Assembly: GCA_963816185.1 (NCBI GenBank)
Contig: CAWFJJ010000024.1
Coordinates: 608,001 to 672,000 of the forward strand
Source: Thermoanaerobaculia bacterium
Lineage (GTDB): Bacteria; Acidobacteriota; Thermoanaerobaculia; UBA5066
Direction: 5' to 3'
Length of the DNA stretch: 64,000 bases
Position numbers and translations under genes: made by a program. Below are positions 12,066 to 20,993 of the stretch, in pieces. Under the pieces are notes generated by a model. The model was not told the origin of the DNA, searched no databases, and saw only the letters and a program-made list of their open reading frames with translations. The first letter of the stretch is position 1. Each line of letters starts with the position of its first letter.

Positions 12066-14894
12066 ATGCCGCTTTCTCCTGGCACACGTCTGGGTCCCTA
12101 CGAGCTCCTCTCACCCCTCGGCGCGGGCGGGATGGGGGAGGTCTACCGGGCGAAGGACGCGAGGCTCGCGAGAGACGTCGCGATCAAGGTACTGCCGGAA
12201 GAATTCTTCGAAGGTGAAGAGAGAAGGCAGAGGTTCGAGCGCGAGGCGAAGCTGCTGGCCTCGCTGAACCATCCGAACATCGCCGCCATTCATTCATTCG
12301 AAGAAATCCCCGGTGTTTCTTCGTCCTCTTCCCGCCACCTGCTCGTCATGGAGCTCGTCGAAGGCGAGGGGCTCGAACAGAAGATCGCTTCCGGCCCTCT
12401 TCCACTCGACGAATCTCTTTCTTACGCGAAGCAGATCGCCGAGGCGTTGGAAGCGGCGCACGAGAAGGGGATCGTCCACCGCGACCTCAAGCCCGCGAAC
12501 GTCAAGATCACGCACGACGGGCGCGTCAAGCTCCTCGACTTCGGGCTCGCAAAGATCTTCGAGGGCGACGGCAGCCCCGGCTCCGCGCCCTCGGTGACGC
12601 ATTCCCCGACGCTCACCGCCCGGGCCACGGCTGCGGGCGTGATCCTCGGGACGGCCGCATACATGAGTCCCGAGCAGGCCCGCGGCAAGCATCTCGACAA
12701 GCGGACCGACGTGTGGGCGTTCGGGTGCGTGCTGTACGAGATGCTGACCGGAAAGAGGGCCTTCGAAGGGGAGACCGTCAGCGACACGCTCGCGGCGATC
12801 CTCAAGGAAGACCCCAACTGGGCGGCGCTGCCTGAGCAGACACCTGCCGCTGTCAGGAGAATTCTTAGAAGGTGCCTGCAGCGCGACGCGAGGCTAAGGC
12901 TGCACGACATCGCCGATGCGCGGCTGGACCTCGAGGAGACGGCCGTCGCGGCAAGCTCGTCTTCCTCATTACCCTTCGAAGAAAAGACCGCGTTGCCCAG
13001 TCTCACTAAGGTAGCTACCGGGGAACGAACGAGTCGCGAGAGAGGGAGCAAGACTTCTCTCTATCTCTCCTGGGCGATTGCGGCCGCATTCGCGGCCGCT
13101 GCAGGAGCGCTCGCGCTTCGCGCTCGCGCTCCGCGGGCGGCGACCGCAATCCGCGGGCAGCTCTTGCTGTCGTCGGAAGAGCTGATGGACGGCGTCGGCG
13201 CCGCCGTCGTCGTTTCGCCCGACGGCCCCCGCCTCGCATACGTCACGAAGGGTGCCCGGCCGAGACTCTATCTGAGACCCTTGGACCAGCTCACGCCCGT
13301 CGAGGTGCCGGAGTCGGACGGCGCCGTCTGCCCGTTCTTCTCCCCGGATGGGAAATGGGTCGCGTTTTTCGCGGGTGGCAAGCTGCACAAGGCCCCGATA
13401 TCGGGTGGCGTGCCGGCAACGATCTGCTCCGCGCCCATCCCTCGTGGAGGCGCCTGGGTGTCCGAAGACACGATCGTGTTCGCGCCGCGGACGGTGGGCG
13501 GTCTTGCCGTGGTGTCGGCCTCCGGGGGCGAACCGAGAATCCTGACGAATGTGGACGTCGGCGCGCGCGAGCGGTCCCATCGCTGGCCCGCGGCCCTGCC
13601 CGGCGGCAAGGCCGTGCTGTTCTCGACGCAGTTCTCCGGCACCGATTACGACGACGGAGCCATCGAGATGGTGGACATCTCCACCGGGAAGCGGACGGTG
13701 GTGCACAGGGGGGGCTCGTTTCCGCGCTGGTCTCCGTCCGGCCATATCCTCTTTGCCCGGAGGGGGACGATCTACGCTGCGCCGTTCGACGTCTCGCGGG
13801 CGAGACTCACGGGGCGCCCCGTTCCGGTCCTCGAAAAAGTCTTCTCCTCCACGGGCGGGGAGGCACCATCGGACGGCAGCGCACAGATCGACGTCTCGTC
13901 CTCGGGGTTCTGCGCGTATCGCACGGGCGAGCCGGAGACGCTGTTCTCGCTCGCGCTCGTCGATCGCAAGGGCGGTATCCTCCGCAGGACGAGCCCTCCG
14001 CGGGGGTATGCGTGGACGCGCTTCTCGCCCGATGGGACGCGCGCCGCCATTCAGATCAGCGGGCCGAGCCAGTCCGACATCTGGATCTACGACGTCTCGC
14101 GCGACGCGTTCTCCAAGCTCACGTTCGAAGGAGACAACGTTGGAGCGGTCTGGAGCCCGGACGGGCGCGACGTCGTCTTCGCGTCGGACCGCGACCGCGA
14201 GCTCGTCGCGCAGCCGGGGGGCTCGTCGGTGACGCTGCGCGGCATCTACCGGAAGCGCGCGGACGGCTCGGGGCCCGTGCGCCTTCTGTTCAAGTTTGCG
14301 GGAGTCCTGGCTCCAACGGGGTTCTCGCCCGACGCACGGATGCTCGCGTTCCAGGCCACTCGGGTGGAGACCCAGACCGATGTCGGCGTCATCCGCCTCA
14401 AAGGGGACGTGGCCGACGGGGAGCCCCAGATGATCGTGGCCGGCCCCGCGAACGAGGCGGTTGGAGTCTTTTCTCCCGACGGGCGCTGGCTCGCTTACGA
14501 ATCGACCGACGGCGGGCTCGGGTACGTCTACCTTCGGAACGCCGCAGGCGGAGACGCCAAGTGGCAGGTCTCGGACGAAATGGGCTCCAGCCCGCGCTGG
14601 AGTCGCGACGGGACGCTCTACTTCGTGCGCCGGGATGATGCAGCCGTCGTCGCCACGCGCGTGGCCGCGGAGGGCGGCGCTCCCGTCTTCGGGAAGGAAG
14701 AGCGTCTCTTCAAACTCTCGTCGTTCGAGGCCGGGAGCCAGGTCGTCGCGGGGTGGGACGTCTCCCCGGACGGCCAGAGGTTCGTGACCCTGATACGCGA
14801 GGGCGCCGCGAACACGCCTGATGTCAACCACGTCACGCTCGCGTCGGACTTCGCGGCGGAGCTCGAGCGCCTGGTTCCCACGGGAGGGAAGTGA
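12066..14894 (+). CDS. Ser/Thr kinase-TM-beta-propeller (kinase 5)
   Basis: Intact kinase motifs; TM helix; SPDG repeats; TATACT -10-like box just upstream. Confidence 0.95.
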   Translation: MPLSPGTRLGPYELLSPLGAGGMGEVYRAKDARLARDVAIKVLPEEFFEGEERRQRFEREAKLLASLNHPNIAAIHSFEEIPGVSSSSSRHLLVMELVEGEGLEQKIASGPLPLDESLSYAKQIAEALEAAHEKGIVHRDLKPANVKITHDGRVKLLDFGLAKIFEGDGSPGSAPSVTHSPTLTARATAAGVILGTAAYMSPEQARGKHLDKRTDVWAFGCVLYEMLTGKRAFEGETVSDTLAAILKEDPNWAALPEQTPAAVRRILRRCLQRDARLRLHDIADARLDLEETAVAASSSSSLPFEEKTALPSLTKVATGERTSRERGSKTSLYLSWAIAAAFAAAAGALALRARAPRAATAIRGQLLLSSEELMDGVGAAVVVSPDGPRLAYVTKGARPRLYLRPLDQLTPVEVPESDGAVCPFFSPDGKWVAFFAGGKLHKAPISGGVPATICSAPIPRGGAWVSEDTIVFAPRTVGGLAVVSASGGEPRILTNVDVGARERSHRWPAALPGGKAVLFSTQFSGTDYDDGAIEMVDISTGKRTVVHRGGSFPRWSPSGHILFARRGTIYAAPFDVSRARLTGRPVPVLEKVFSSTGGEAPSDGSAQIDVSSSGFCAYRTGEPETLFSLALVDRKGGILRRTSPPRGYAWTRFSPDGTRAAIQISGPSQSDIWIYDVSRDAFSKLTFEGDNVGAVWSPDGRDVVFASDRDRELVAQPGGSSVTLRGIYRKRADGSGPVRLLFKFAGVLAPTGFSPDARMLAFQATRVETQTDVGVIRLKGDVADGEPQMIVAGPANEAVGVFSPDGRWLAYESTDGGLGYVYLRNAAGGDAKWQVSDEMGSSPRWSRDGTLYFVRRDDAAVVATRVAAEGGAPVFGKEERLFKLSSFEAGSQVVAGWDVSPDGQRFVTLIREGAANTPDVNHVTLASDFAAELERLVPTGGK
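12081..12571 (+). repeat. ~490-bp near-identical direct repeat, copy 2
   Basis: Matches 8258-8748. Confidence 0.9.
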
Positions 14895-15275
14895 CGGTGA
14901 ACACCCGCGCTCTCGGTCTTGCCGGGTCTCGCGTCTCCGCGATCGGCCTCGGCTGCATGGGCATGTCCGACCTCTACGGCCCGGCCGACAGGAGCGAGAG
15001 CATCGCCACGATCCATGCCTCACTCGACGCGGGAATCACGCTCCTGGACACCGGCGACTTGTACGGGGTGGGGCACAACGAGCTGCTGTTCAACGAGGCG
15101 CTGCGGGGCCGGCGCCCGCGAAGGTTTCGTGAGCGTCAAATTCGGGGCGCTCGCGCTCGACCTGAGCGCGGGGGACCTCGCGGAAATCGAGCGCGCCGTG
15201 CCGCCGGGGTCCGCCGCGGGCGACCGTTACGACGCCCACTCGATGAAGCTGCTCGACAGCGAGCGCGACGCGTGA
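14891..15275 (+). pseudogene. Aldo/keto reductase with frameshift and large internal deletion
   Basis: N-terminus IGLGCMGMS...[14 protein letters not shown]...VSVKFGAL joined directly to the family C-terminus [25 protein letters not shown]; only about 128 codons. Confidence 0.85.
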
Positions 15276-15349
15276 GCGGGAGATCCCGGGCCGATGTTTC
15301 GCTGGATTTCGCCAGCCGCTTCTGAGAAGCTTGAGCGAAAGAACGCGCG

Positions 15350-15685
15350 ATGGAGCTGAGCACGGCGCAGGATGGGCGTGTCACGGTCTTGACCGTGAAG
15401 GGCGATCTCGTGATCGGCGAGGCCGAGGCTCTGTTCAAGAGAACCGTCATGAGCCTGCTCGAAGAAGGGAAGGTCGACCTTCTGATCGATTGCTCGGATC
15501 TGCGCATCGTGGATTCGACCGGTCTCGGCGCGCTCGTGCGTGCTCTCACGACGTCGCAGAACGACAGGGGCCGCGCCAAGCTCCTCGGAGTCGGTCCCCA
15601 CCTGAAGAAGCTCCTCGAGATCACGAGGCTCGATTCGGTCTTCGAGACTTTTGACAACCGCGAGCGAGCCGTCTCCAGCTTCTGA
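15350..15685 (+). CDS. STAS-domain anti-sigma factor antagonist
   Basis: VKGDLVIG and IDCSDLRIVDSTGLGALV (phospho-Ser motif DSxGLG); LLEITRLDSVF. Confidence 0.9.
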   Translation: MELSTAQDGRVTVLTVKGDLVIGEAEALFKRTVMSLLEEGKVDLLIDCSDLRIVDSTGLGALVRALTTSQNDRGRAKLLGVGPHLKKLLEITRLDSVFETFDNRERAVSSF

Positions 15686-15716
15686 ATCGAACGAGGGCCG
15701 CGAACCGCGCGGGACG

Positions 15717-18128
15717 ATGCCGATGGCTGAAGAGTCCGGGAAGCGGGAAGCCGCCGAGGCCGAAGTTGCCATGCTGGCGGAGCTCGCGCGCTGCGCGGGC
15801 TTGGGCGAACGCTCGACGTGGGCGGCCCGCTGGGCTGCCCGGCTCTCCGGAGCCGACACGGCCGTCCTCTTCGTCGCCGATCCCGCCCAGGCTCTCCTCG
15901 TCTGCACGGGCGCGTCCGGTGAGGAGGCCGCGAAGAGCCTGCGCCGGACCGTCTCCCGCGAAACGGGTCTCGCGCGGGACGTCCTGCACGACCGCGGAGC
16001 GCGCATGGTCCGGCTGGACGAGATCGCCTCCATCGCCGACCCGCTCGTCCAGACGCTGCCCGCCGGAGCGGCGGCGGTCCTCGTCGCGCCGCTCCTCCTC
16101 GAGCGGGGAGCGGCCGGCATCGTCGGCCTCGGCTTCCGCGAGACACCCTCGAAGGACCGGCTCGCGTCTCTCGAGCGCTTCCTTCGTCATGCTGCGGCGG
16201 CCGTCGAGAGAGCCCGTGAGGCGGAGACAAAGACGACTGGCCTCCTTGCCGCGGTCGAGCGGCTGACGAACCTCTACGACGTGACGAAGGCCTTCAGCTC
16301 CACGATCGACGCGGGCGAGCTCTCCCTTCTCGTGGCCCGCAAGGCGGCCGACCTCCTCGGCGCCGAGGTCGCGTCCCTCTGGCGGCTCGAGGGCGACGGC
16401 GACGTCGTCCTTGCCGCGACCGCGGTCAACGAGAACTACGACGTGACGAATCCGCCGGATGCGGTCGGCGGAGAAGTCGTGGGGGACGTCCTCGCGTCGC
16501 GCTCGATCGGGCGGGAGGACGAGCCGGGGCCCGGCGGCTCCGGAGCCGGCGCGCCGGTCGGCTCCCTTCTCGCCGCGCCTCTCCTCGAAGACGAGAGGCC
16601 GATCGGGGCGATCGCCGTTGCGAACAAGCGGGGGCGGAATCCGCGGTTCACCGACGCGGACGAGGCGCTCCTCGTGGACCTGGCGCACGCCGCCGTGCGG
16701 GCGCTTCACAACGTGAGGCTGTGGGAGGCCGAGAAGAAGGTCGCCGAGCTGGACGCGCTCCTCGCGGTGAGCCGCGAGATCACCTCGACGCTCGACCTCG
16801 ACAAGGTCATGCGGGCGATCGTCAACGGGACGTCCGCCCTGATCCGCTACGACCGCTGTGCGATTGCCATCCTCCACCGAGGAGCGCTCCGGATCGGGGC
16901 GATCTCCGGGGCGGCGGAGGTGGATCGCAAGGATCCGTCGGTCAGGCGGAGCCAGGCGCTCCTCGAGTGGGTCTTCTTCGGCGGCGCTGACGTCGCCGTG
17001 ACGCGCCGCGAGGACGGAACCATCACGACCGACCGCCCGGAGACCGAGGAGAAGTTCCGGGCCTTCTTCGACGAGAGCGGCCGCAATGCCTTCTACGGAG
17101 TCCTGCTCGAGGACGACGAGGGAAAGCTCGGCGTTCTCGGCTTTGAGTCGACGGAGCCCCTCGAGTTCGACGCGGAGACCCGGGACCTCCTCCAGATTCT
17201 CGTCAATCAGGCCATCGTCGCCGTCCGCAACGCCCAGCTCTACCAGCAGGTCCCGCTGCCCGGGTTCCTCCGGCCCCTCGCGGAGCGGACGCGGAAGTTG
17301 CGGGGCCAGACCGGGAGACGGCCCCGGCGGTGGGCGCTCGGGAGCGCGGCAGCCCTTGTCCTCCTCGCCGTCCTGCCGTGGAACGTCCGGGTCTCGGGGC
17401 CGGCACGCGTCGTCCCCGGACGCAGAATCCCCGTCACGGCGTCCGTCGAGGGCGTCGTCGAGAGCGTATTCCACCGCGAGGGCGACAAGCTCGCGGCCGG
17501 GGCCGTCGTCGCGACGCTCGCGCGACGAGGCCTACCGGGCCGCCCTCGCTGAGGCGCGCGCAGCCGAGCAGATCGCCGAGAGCCGACGTCTCCCGCTACA
17601 CGCGCCGAAGGCAACGCCGCGGCCCTGTTCCAGGCGGCGGCCCGCCGCGACGAGATGCGGGCGCGGGCGGCTCTTGCTGAGGAGAAGCTCGAGCGGACGC
17701 GCCTCCGCGCGCCCGAGGCCGGCGTCGTCCTGACGCCCCGGCTCGAGGAGCGCGTCGGCCAGCTCCTCGCGGCGGGCGCCGAGTTCGCCGTTCTCGCCGA
17801 CACCTCGGCGGTTCTCGTGGAGGTGGCCGTGTCGGAGCGGGACGCGTCGCTCGTCGCCGTCGGACAGAAGGTCGACGTCAAGATGAACTCCTATCCCGCG
17901 TCCGACGTTCCACGGGACGGGTCGGTCCGCCTCGGCGCCGCCGTCCGCGAGGAAGGCGAGGAGCGCTTCGTCATCGCCGAGGCGCGCGTCGAGAACGCGG
18001 ACGGGCGGCTCCGGCCCGGCATGCTCGGAAAGGCGAAGGTCTCGACCGGAACCCAGCGCCTCCTTCGCGCGCTCCTCCGGAAGCCGGTGCGCTAGATCTG
18101 GCTGAGGCTCTGGCCGCTCCTGCCGTGA
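15717..18128 (+). CDS. Multi-GAF-domain protein with TM helix and HlyD-type periplasmic adaptor; frameshifted or interrupted as sequenced
   Basis: Three GAF-like units (APLL..GAIAVANK..RFTDADEALL; ITSTLDLDKV; AVRNAQLY), a TM helix, a lipoyl-like ASVEGVVESVFHREGD, then LRAPEAGVV and LRPGMLGKAKV; about 3 frameshifts at 17520-17610 and a TAG at 18093 before IWLRLWPLLP*. Confidence 0.8.
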
Positions 18129-20321
18129 GCGCTGGCCGTGCCGGCCCCGGCCTCGCAGTCGTCGCGCGCCGCTCGCCGCGGACGCGCCGCCGAGGCCCTC
18201 GCCGCCCGCCACGGGCTCCGGCTCGACCGCCCGACTCTGCGGAAGGACCTCGTCATCCGCCGCCTCGTGCAGATCGGCGAGGTGACCTGGGTCGTCAAGC
18301 AGCCGGAGACGAACAAGATCTACAACTTCGACGACGACAATTGGGCCCTCATCGAGCTCTTCGACGGGACGCGGACCCGGACCGAGATCCTCGAGGAGTA
18401 CCGCGCGGCGTTTTCCGGGGGGAGATCCCCCTTCACGCTCGTCCTCGATTTCGAGGAGATGCTTCGAAGGATCGACCTCCTCGAGCAGTCGGCTTCCGAG
18501 CGGAACCTCCAGCTCCTGTCGAAGTTCAAGAGGCCCGAGACAGCGGGCCGCCGAGGAGAGCGCCGAGGGCTTCAACGTCTTCTTCATGCTCTTCAAGGTC
18601 TTCGATCCCGACCGGTTCCTCACCCGGACGCTCAGTTACGTCCGCTGGATCTGGCGTCCGCCGGTCGTTGCCGTCGCCTGCCTGACGTTCGTCTTCACGA
18701 TCTCGGTCTTCGTCGGCGCACTTCGACACCGATCTGGGCCCAGACGCTCGAGCTCTACGCCTTCCTGAGGAAGCCGTTCTGGGACGCCGTCCAGTTCTTC
18801 GTGATCCTCACCGGCATCGGCGCCATCCACGAATTCGCGCACGGCTACGTCACGAAGTTCTACGGCGGCGAGGTGCACGACATCGGGATCGCGCTCCTCT
18901 ACTTCATGCCGGCGTTCTACTGCGACACGACCGACTCGCTCCTCTTCCAGAGCAAGTGGCAGCGGCTCTGACGTCACGGTGGCGGGGATCTACATCGAGG
19001 CGATCCTCTGCACCATCGCGACGGCGCTCTGGGTCGCGACCTACCCGGACACGCTTCTCCACGAGCTCGCCTACAAGACGATGCTCTTCACCGGCGTCTC
19101 GACCGTCTTCTTCAACATCAACCCGCTCGTGAAGATCGACGGCTACTACGCCCTCTGCAGCCTCATCGAGATCCCGGAGCTGCGCGAGGAGTCGTTCCGG
19201 TAGCTCGGCGCCCTCTTCCAGCGGCACGTTCTCCGGCTGAACGTCGAGGTGCCCGTCCTCTCGCGCCGCAAGCGGCGGATCTTCCTCGTCTACGCTCCGC
19301 TCGCGCTCGGGTACACCGGCTTCATCATGACTTTCATCGCGAAGCTCCTCGACAACTTCTACTCGAAGATCGTCCCGGAACTGGCCGTCGTTCTGCTGCT
19401 CGTCACGCTCTACTTCTTCTTCCGGAAGCGGGTCCGCCTCGTCGTCCGGATCTCCCGCCTCCTCTATCTCGACAAGAAGGAGCTCGTCATGTCGCCGCGA
19501 GCCCGCTTCCCCCTCCTTGCCGCCGCCGCCGGCCTCGTCCTCCTCCTCGCCGTTCCCTGGGGCCGGCGGACGATCTCCATCGACTGCATCCTCGAGCCCG
19601 CCGCGTCTTTGAAGGTGGAAGCCCCGGAGGACGGGGTCGTCCGGGAGGTCTTCGCGCGCGAAGGCGACCTCCTCCGGGCGGGACAGCCCCTCTTCCGGAT
19701 CGAGAGCTCCGGCGTCGCGCGCCGATCTCGCATCCCTTTCGGCCCGCCGCGCGGGAGCCGCAGACGAGACAGCACGCAGCCTCCGGTCCGGGGACGTCGG
19801 GGACGTCTATCGGTCCGAGCGGAAGGAAGGAGCGGCCGCCGCCGGCCTCGCCCGCGACGCGGCGCGCACGGCGCGGCTCGCCGTGCCGAGCCCGATGGAC
19901 GGGCGCCTCCTGACGGCACGCACGGAGGATCTCGTCGGCAGGTGGGTCACGGCGGGAACCGCACTCGGAACCGTCGGGGACACGCGGCAACTGACGGCAG
20001 CGTTTCCGGTTTCGGAGCGCCTTCTGACCGACCTCGCGGTCGGGGCGCCGGTTTCGGTGCAGCTCCGCGGGCGCCCGTTCCAGATCCTCCGCGGCGCGAT
20101 CGTTTCGATCGCTCCCGCGTCCCAGCCGGCTCCGGCCCACGCACGCCCTCCGCCCATCCGAGACGCCGGGCCGCTTCGTGGCGGTAGCGCTCTTCGAGAA
20201 CCCCGGCGGAAGCCTGCAGCCGGGACTCGAAGGGCTGGCGAAGATCCAGGGCCCCAGGAGGTCGCTCATCGGAGAGGGTGTCCGCATTCTCGCCCGGTGG
20301 TTCCGCCAGATCGCGTGGTGA
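18125..20321 (+). CDS. PqqD/RRE-like domain + M50 (site-2) metallopeptidase + HlyD adaptor fusion; frameshifted or interrupted as sequenced
   Basis: Pieces in order: WVVKQPETNKIYNF..ELFDGTRT (RRE-like), DPDRFL, HEFAHG (HExxH), PAFYCD, AGIYIE, FNINPLVKIDGYY (NPxxxxDG), APEDGVVREVFAREGD, SPMDG, LQPGLEGLAKI..RWFRQIAW*; stops at 18969 and 19201 and several frameshifts. Confidence 0.8.
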
Positions 20322-20324
20322 ACG

Positions 20325-20357
20325 AAAACAAAAGCGCCCCGGCCGGGGCCGGGGCGC
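20325..20357 (-). terminator. Rho-independent terminator of the repeat-peptide gene
   Basis: Minus strand GCGCCCCGGC-CCCG-GCCGGGGCGC hairpin followed by TTTTGTTTT, 25 bp after the stop codon. Confidence 0.85.
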
Positions 20358-20381
20358 GCTCACGTTCGAATGGAAGGACGC

Positions 20382-20819
20382 TCAGTCGGCGTTCTCCGTG
20401 GTCCGCGCGTTCAAGACCCTGGGAGCCGCCTGCGCGCGGGCCGTGTTGAGCCGCGGGGCGGCCTGAACGCGGGCAGCGTTCATCTTGGGGGCCGCCTGTG
20501 CGCGGGCCGTGTTGAGCCGCGGGGCGGCCTGAACGCGAGCAGCGTTCATCTTGGGGGCCGCCTGTGCGCGGGCCGTGTTGAGCCGCGGGGCGGCCTGAAC
20601 GCGGGCAGCGTTCATCTTGGGGGCCGCCTGTGCGCGGGCCGTGTTGAGCCGCGGAGCGGCCTGAACGCGGGCGCTCGCCACCTTGGCCGACATCGTCGGC
20701 GTGACGGCCGGGTTGCGGCCGAGGTTGCTGACGCGAATCTCGCCGACGGCCTGGCCGGTCGCCTCCTTGATCTTCGCCTTCTGATCGTCGGTCAGCTTGA
20801 TTCGCACTTCGTTTGCCAT
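20382..20819 (-). CDS. 145-aa leader + 8x11-aa repeat peptide (candidate secreted or RiPP-like precursor)
   Basis: AAGGAGGAGG RBS before ATG at 20819; leader MANEVRIKLTDDQKAKIKEATGQAVGEIRVS..; alternating ARVQAAPRLNT/ARAQAAPKMNA units; differences between repeat copies are silent in this frame. Confidence 0.85.
   Translation of the reverse strand: MANEVRIKLTDDQKAKIKEATGQAVGEIRVSNLGRNPAVTPTMSAKVASARVQAAPRLNTARAQAAPKMNAARVQAAPRLNTARAQAAPKMNAARVQAAPRLNTARAQAAPKMNAARVQAAPRLNTARAQAAPRVLNARTTENAD
20425..20672. repeat. 66-bp coding tandem repeat, about 3.75 copies
   Basis: Units start at 20425, 20491, 20557 and 20623; no spacers. Confidence 0.95.
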
Positions 20820-20866
20820 GGGTGCCTCCTCCTTGTTCTTCCGCCTTCTGGCGTTGCGATCGTCAG

Positions 20867-20883
20867 TGCAAGCAGGAGGCCAA
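20867..20883 (-). promoter_or_regulatory. Sigma54 -24/-12 promoter for the repeat-peptide gene
   Basis: Minus strand TTGGCCTCCTGCTTGCA: GG-N10-GC spacing with TGGC and TTGCA, about 48 bp upstream of the ATG; a sigma54 activator gene is adjacent. Confidence 0.75.
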
Positions 20884-20958
20884 CGCGAGTCCGCCGGCCT
20901 GCACCGGCAACCCGTTGAGAATTCATCTCCATGCTCCGGCGCCAGGGCAGCGTGCGGT

Positions 20959-20990
20959 GTGACTATTTCAACCGGGGTTGACTCTTTCAC
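20959..20990. promoter_or_regulatory. Candidate upstream activator sequence (two TGA-N5-TCA boxes)
   Basis: GTGACTATTTCAACC-GG-GGTTGACTCTTTCAC, an imperfect inverted repeat about 80-105 bp upstream of the -24 element. Confidence 0.5.
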
Positions 20991-20993
20991 CCC

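Noticed and set aside
8258-12571. Near-identical kinase repeats as a diversity-generating retroelement TR/VR pair or IS ends
   Set aside because: No reverse transcriptase or transposase in the window; differences are not adenine-specific and lie in the conserved N-lobe
18093-19203. In-frame TAG/TGA as genetic recoding (Pyl, Sec or stop reassignment)
   Set aside because: They are accompanied by many frameshifts, TAG and TGA terminate normal genes elsewhere in the window, and no recoding machinery is seen
20425-20672. 66-bp tandem repeat as a CRISPR array
   Set aside because: Copies are contiguous with no unique spacers, the period is a multiple of 3, variation is synonymous in a coding frame, and no cas genes are present
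20370-20918. Plus-strand ORF with repeats (LCAGRVEPRGGLNAGSVHLGGR)
   Set aside because: Antisense shadow: RBS, sigma54 promoter, terminator and silent substitutions all favour the minus strand
20820-20990. 57-aa N-terminal extension of the repeat peptide shown in the ORF track
   Set aside because: It runs through the promoter region; the strong RBS sits before ATG 20819
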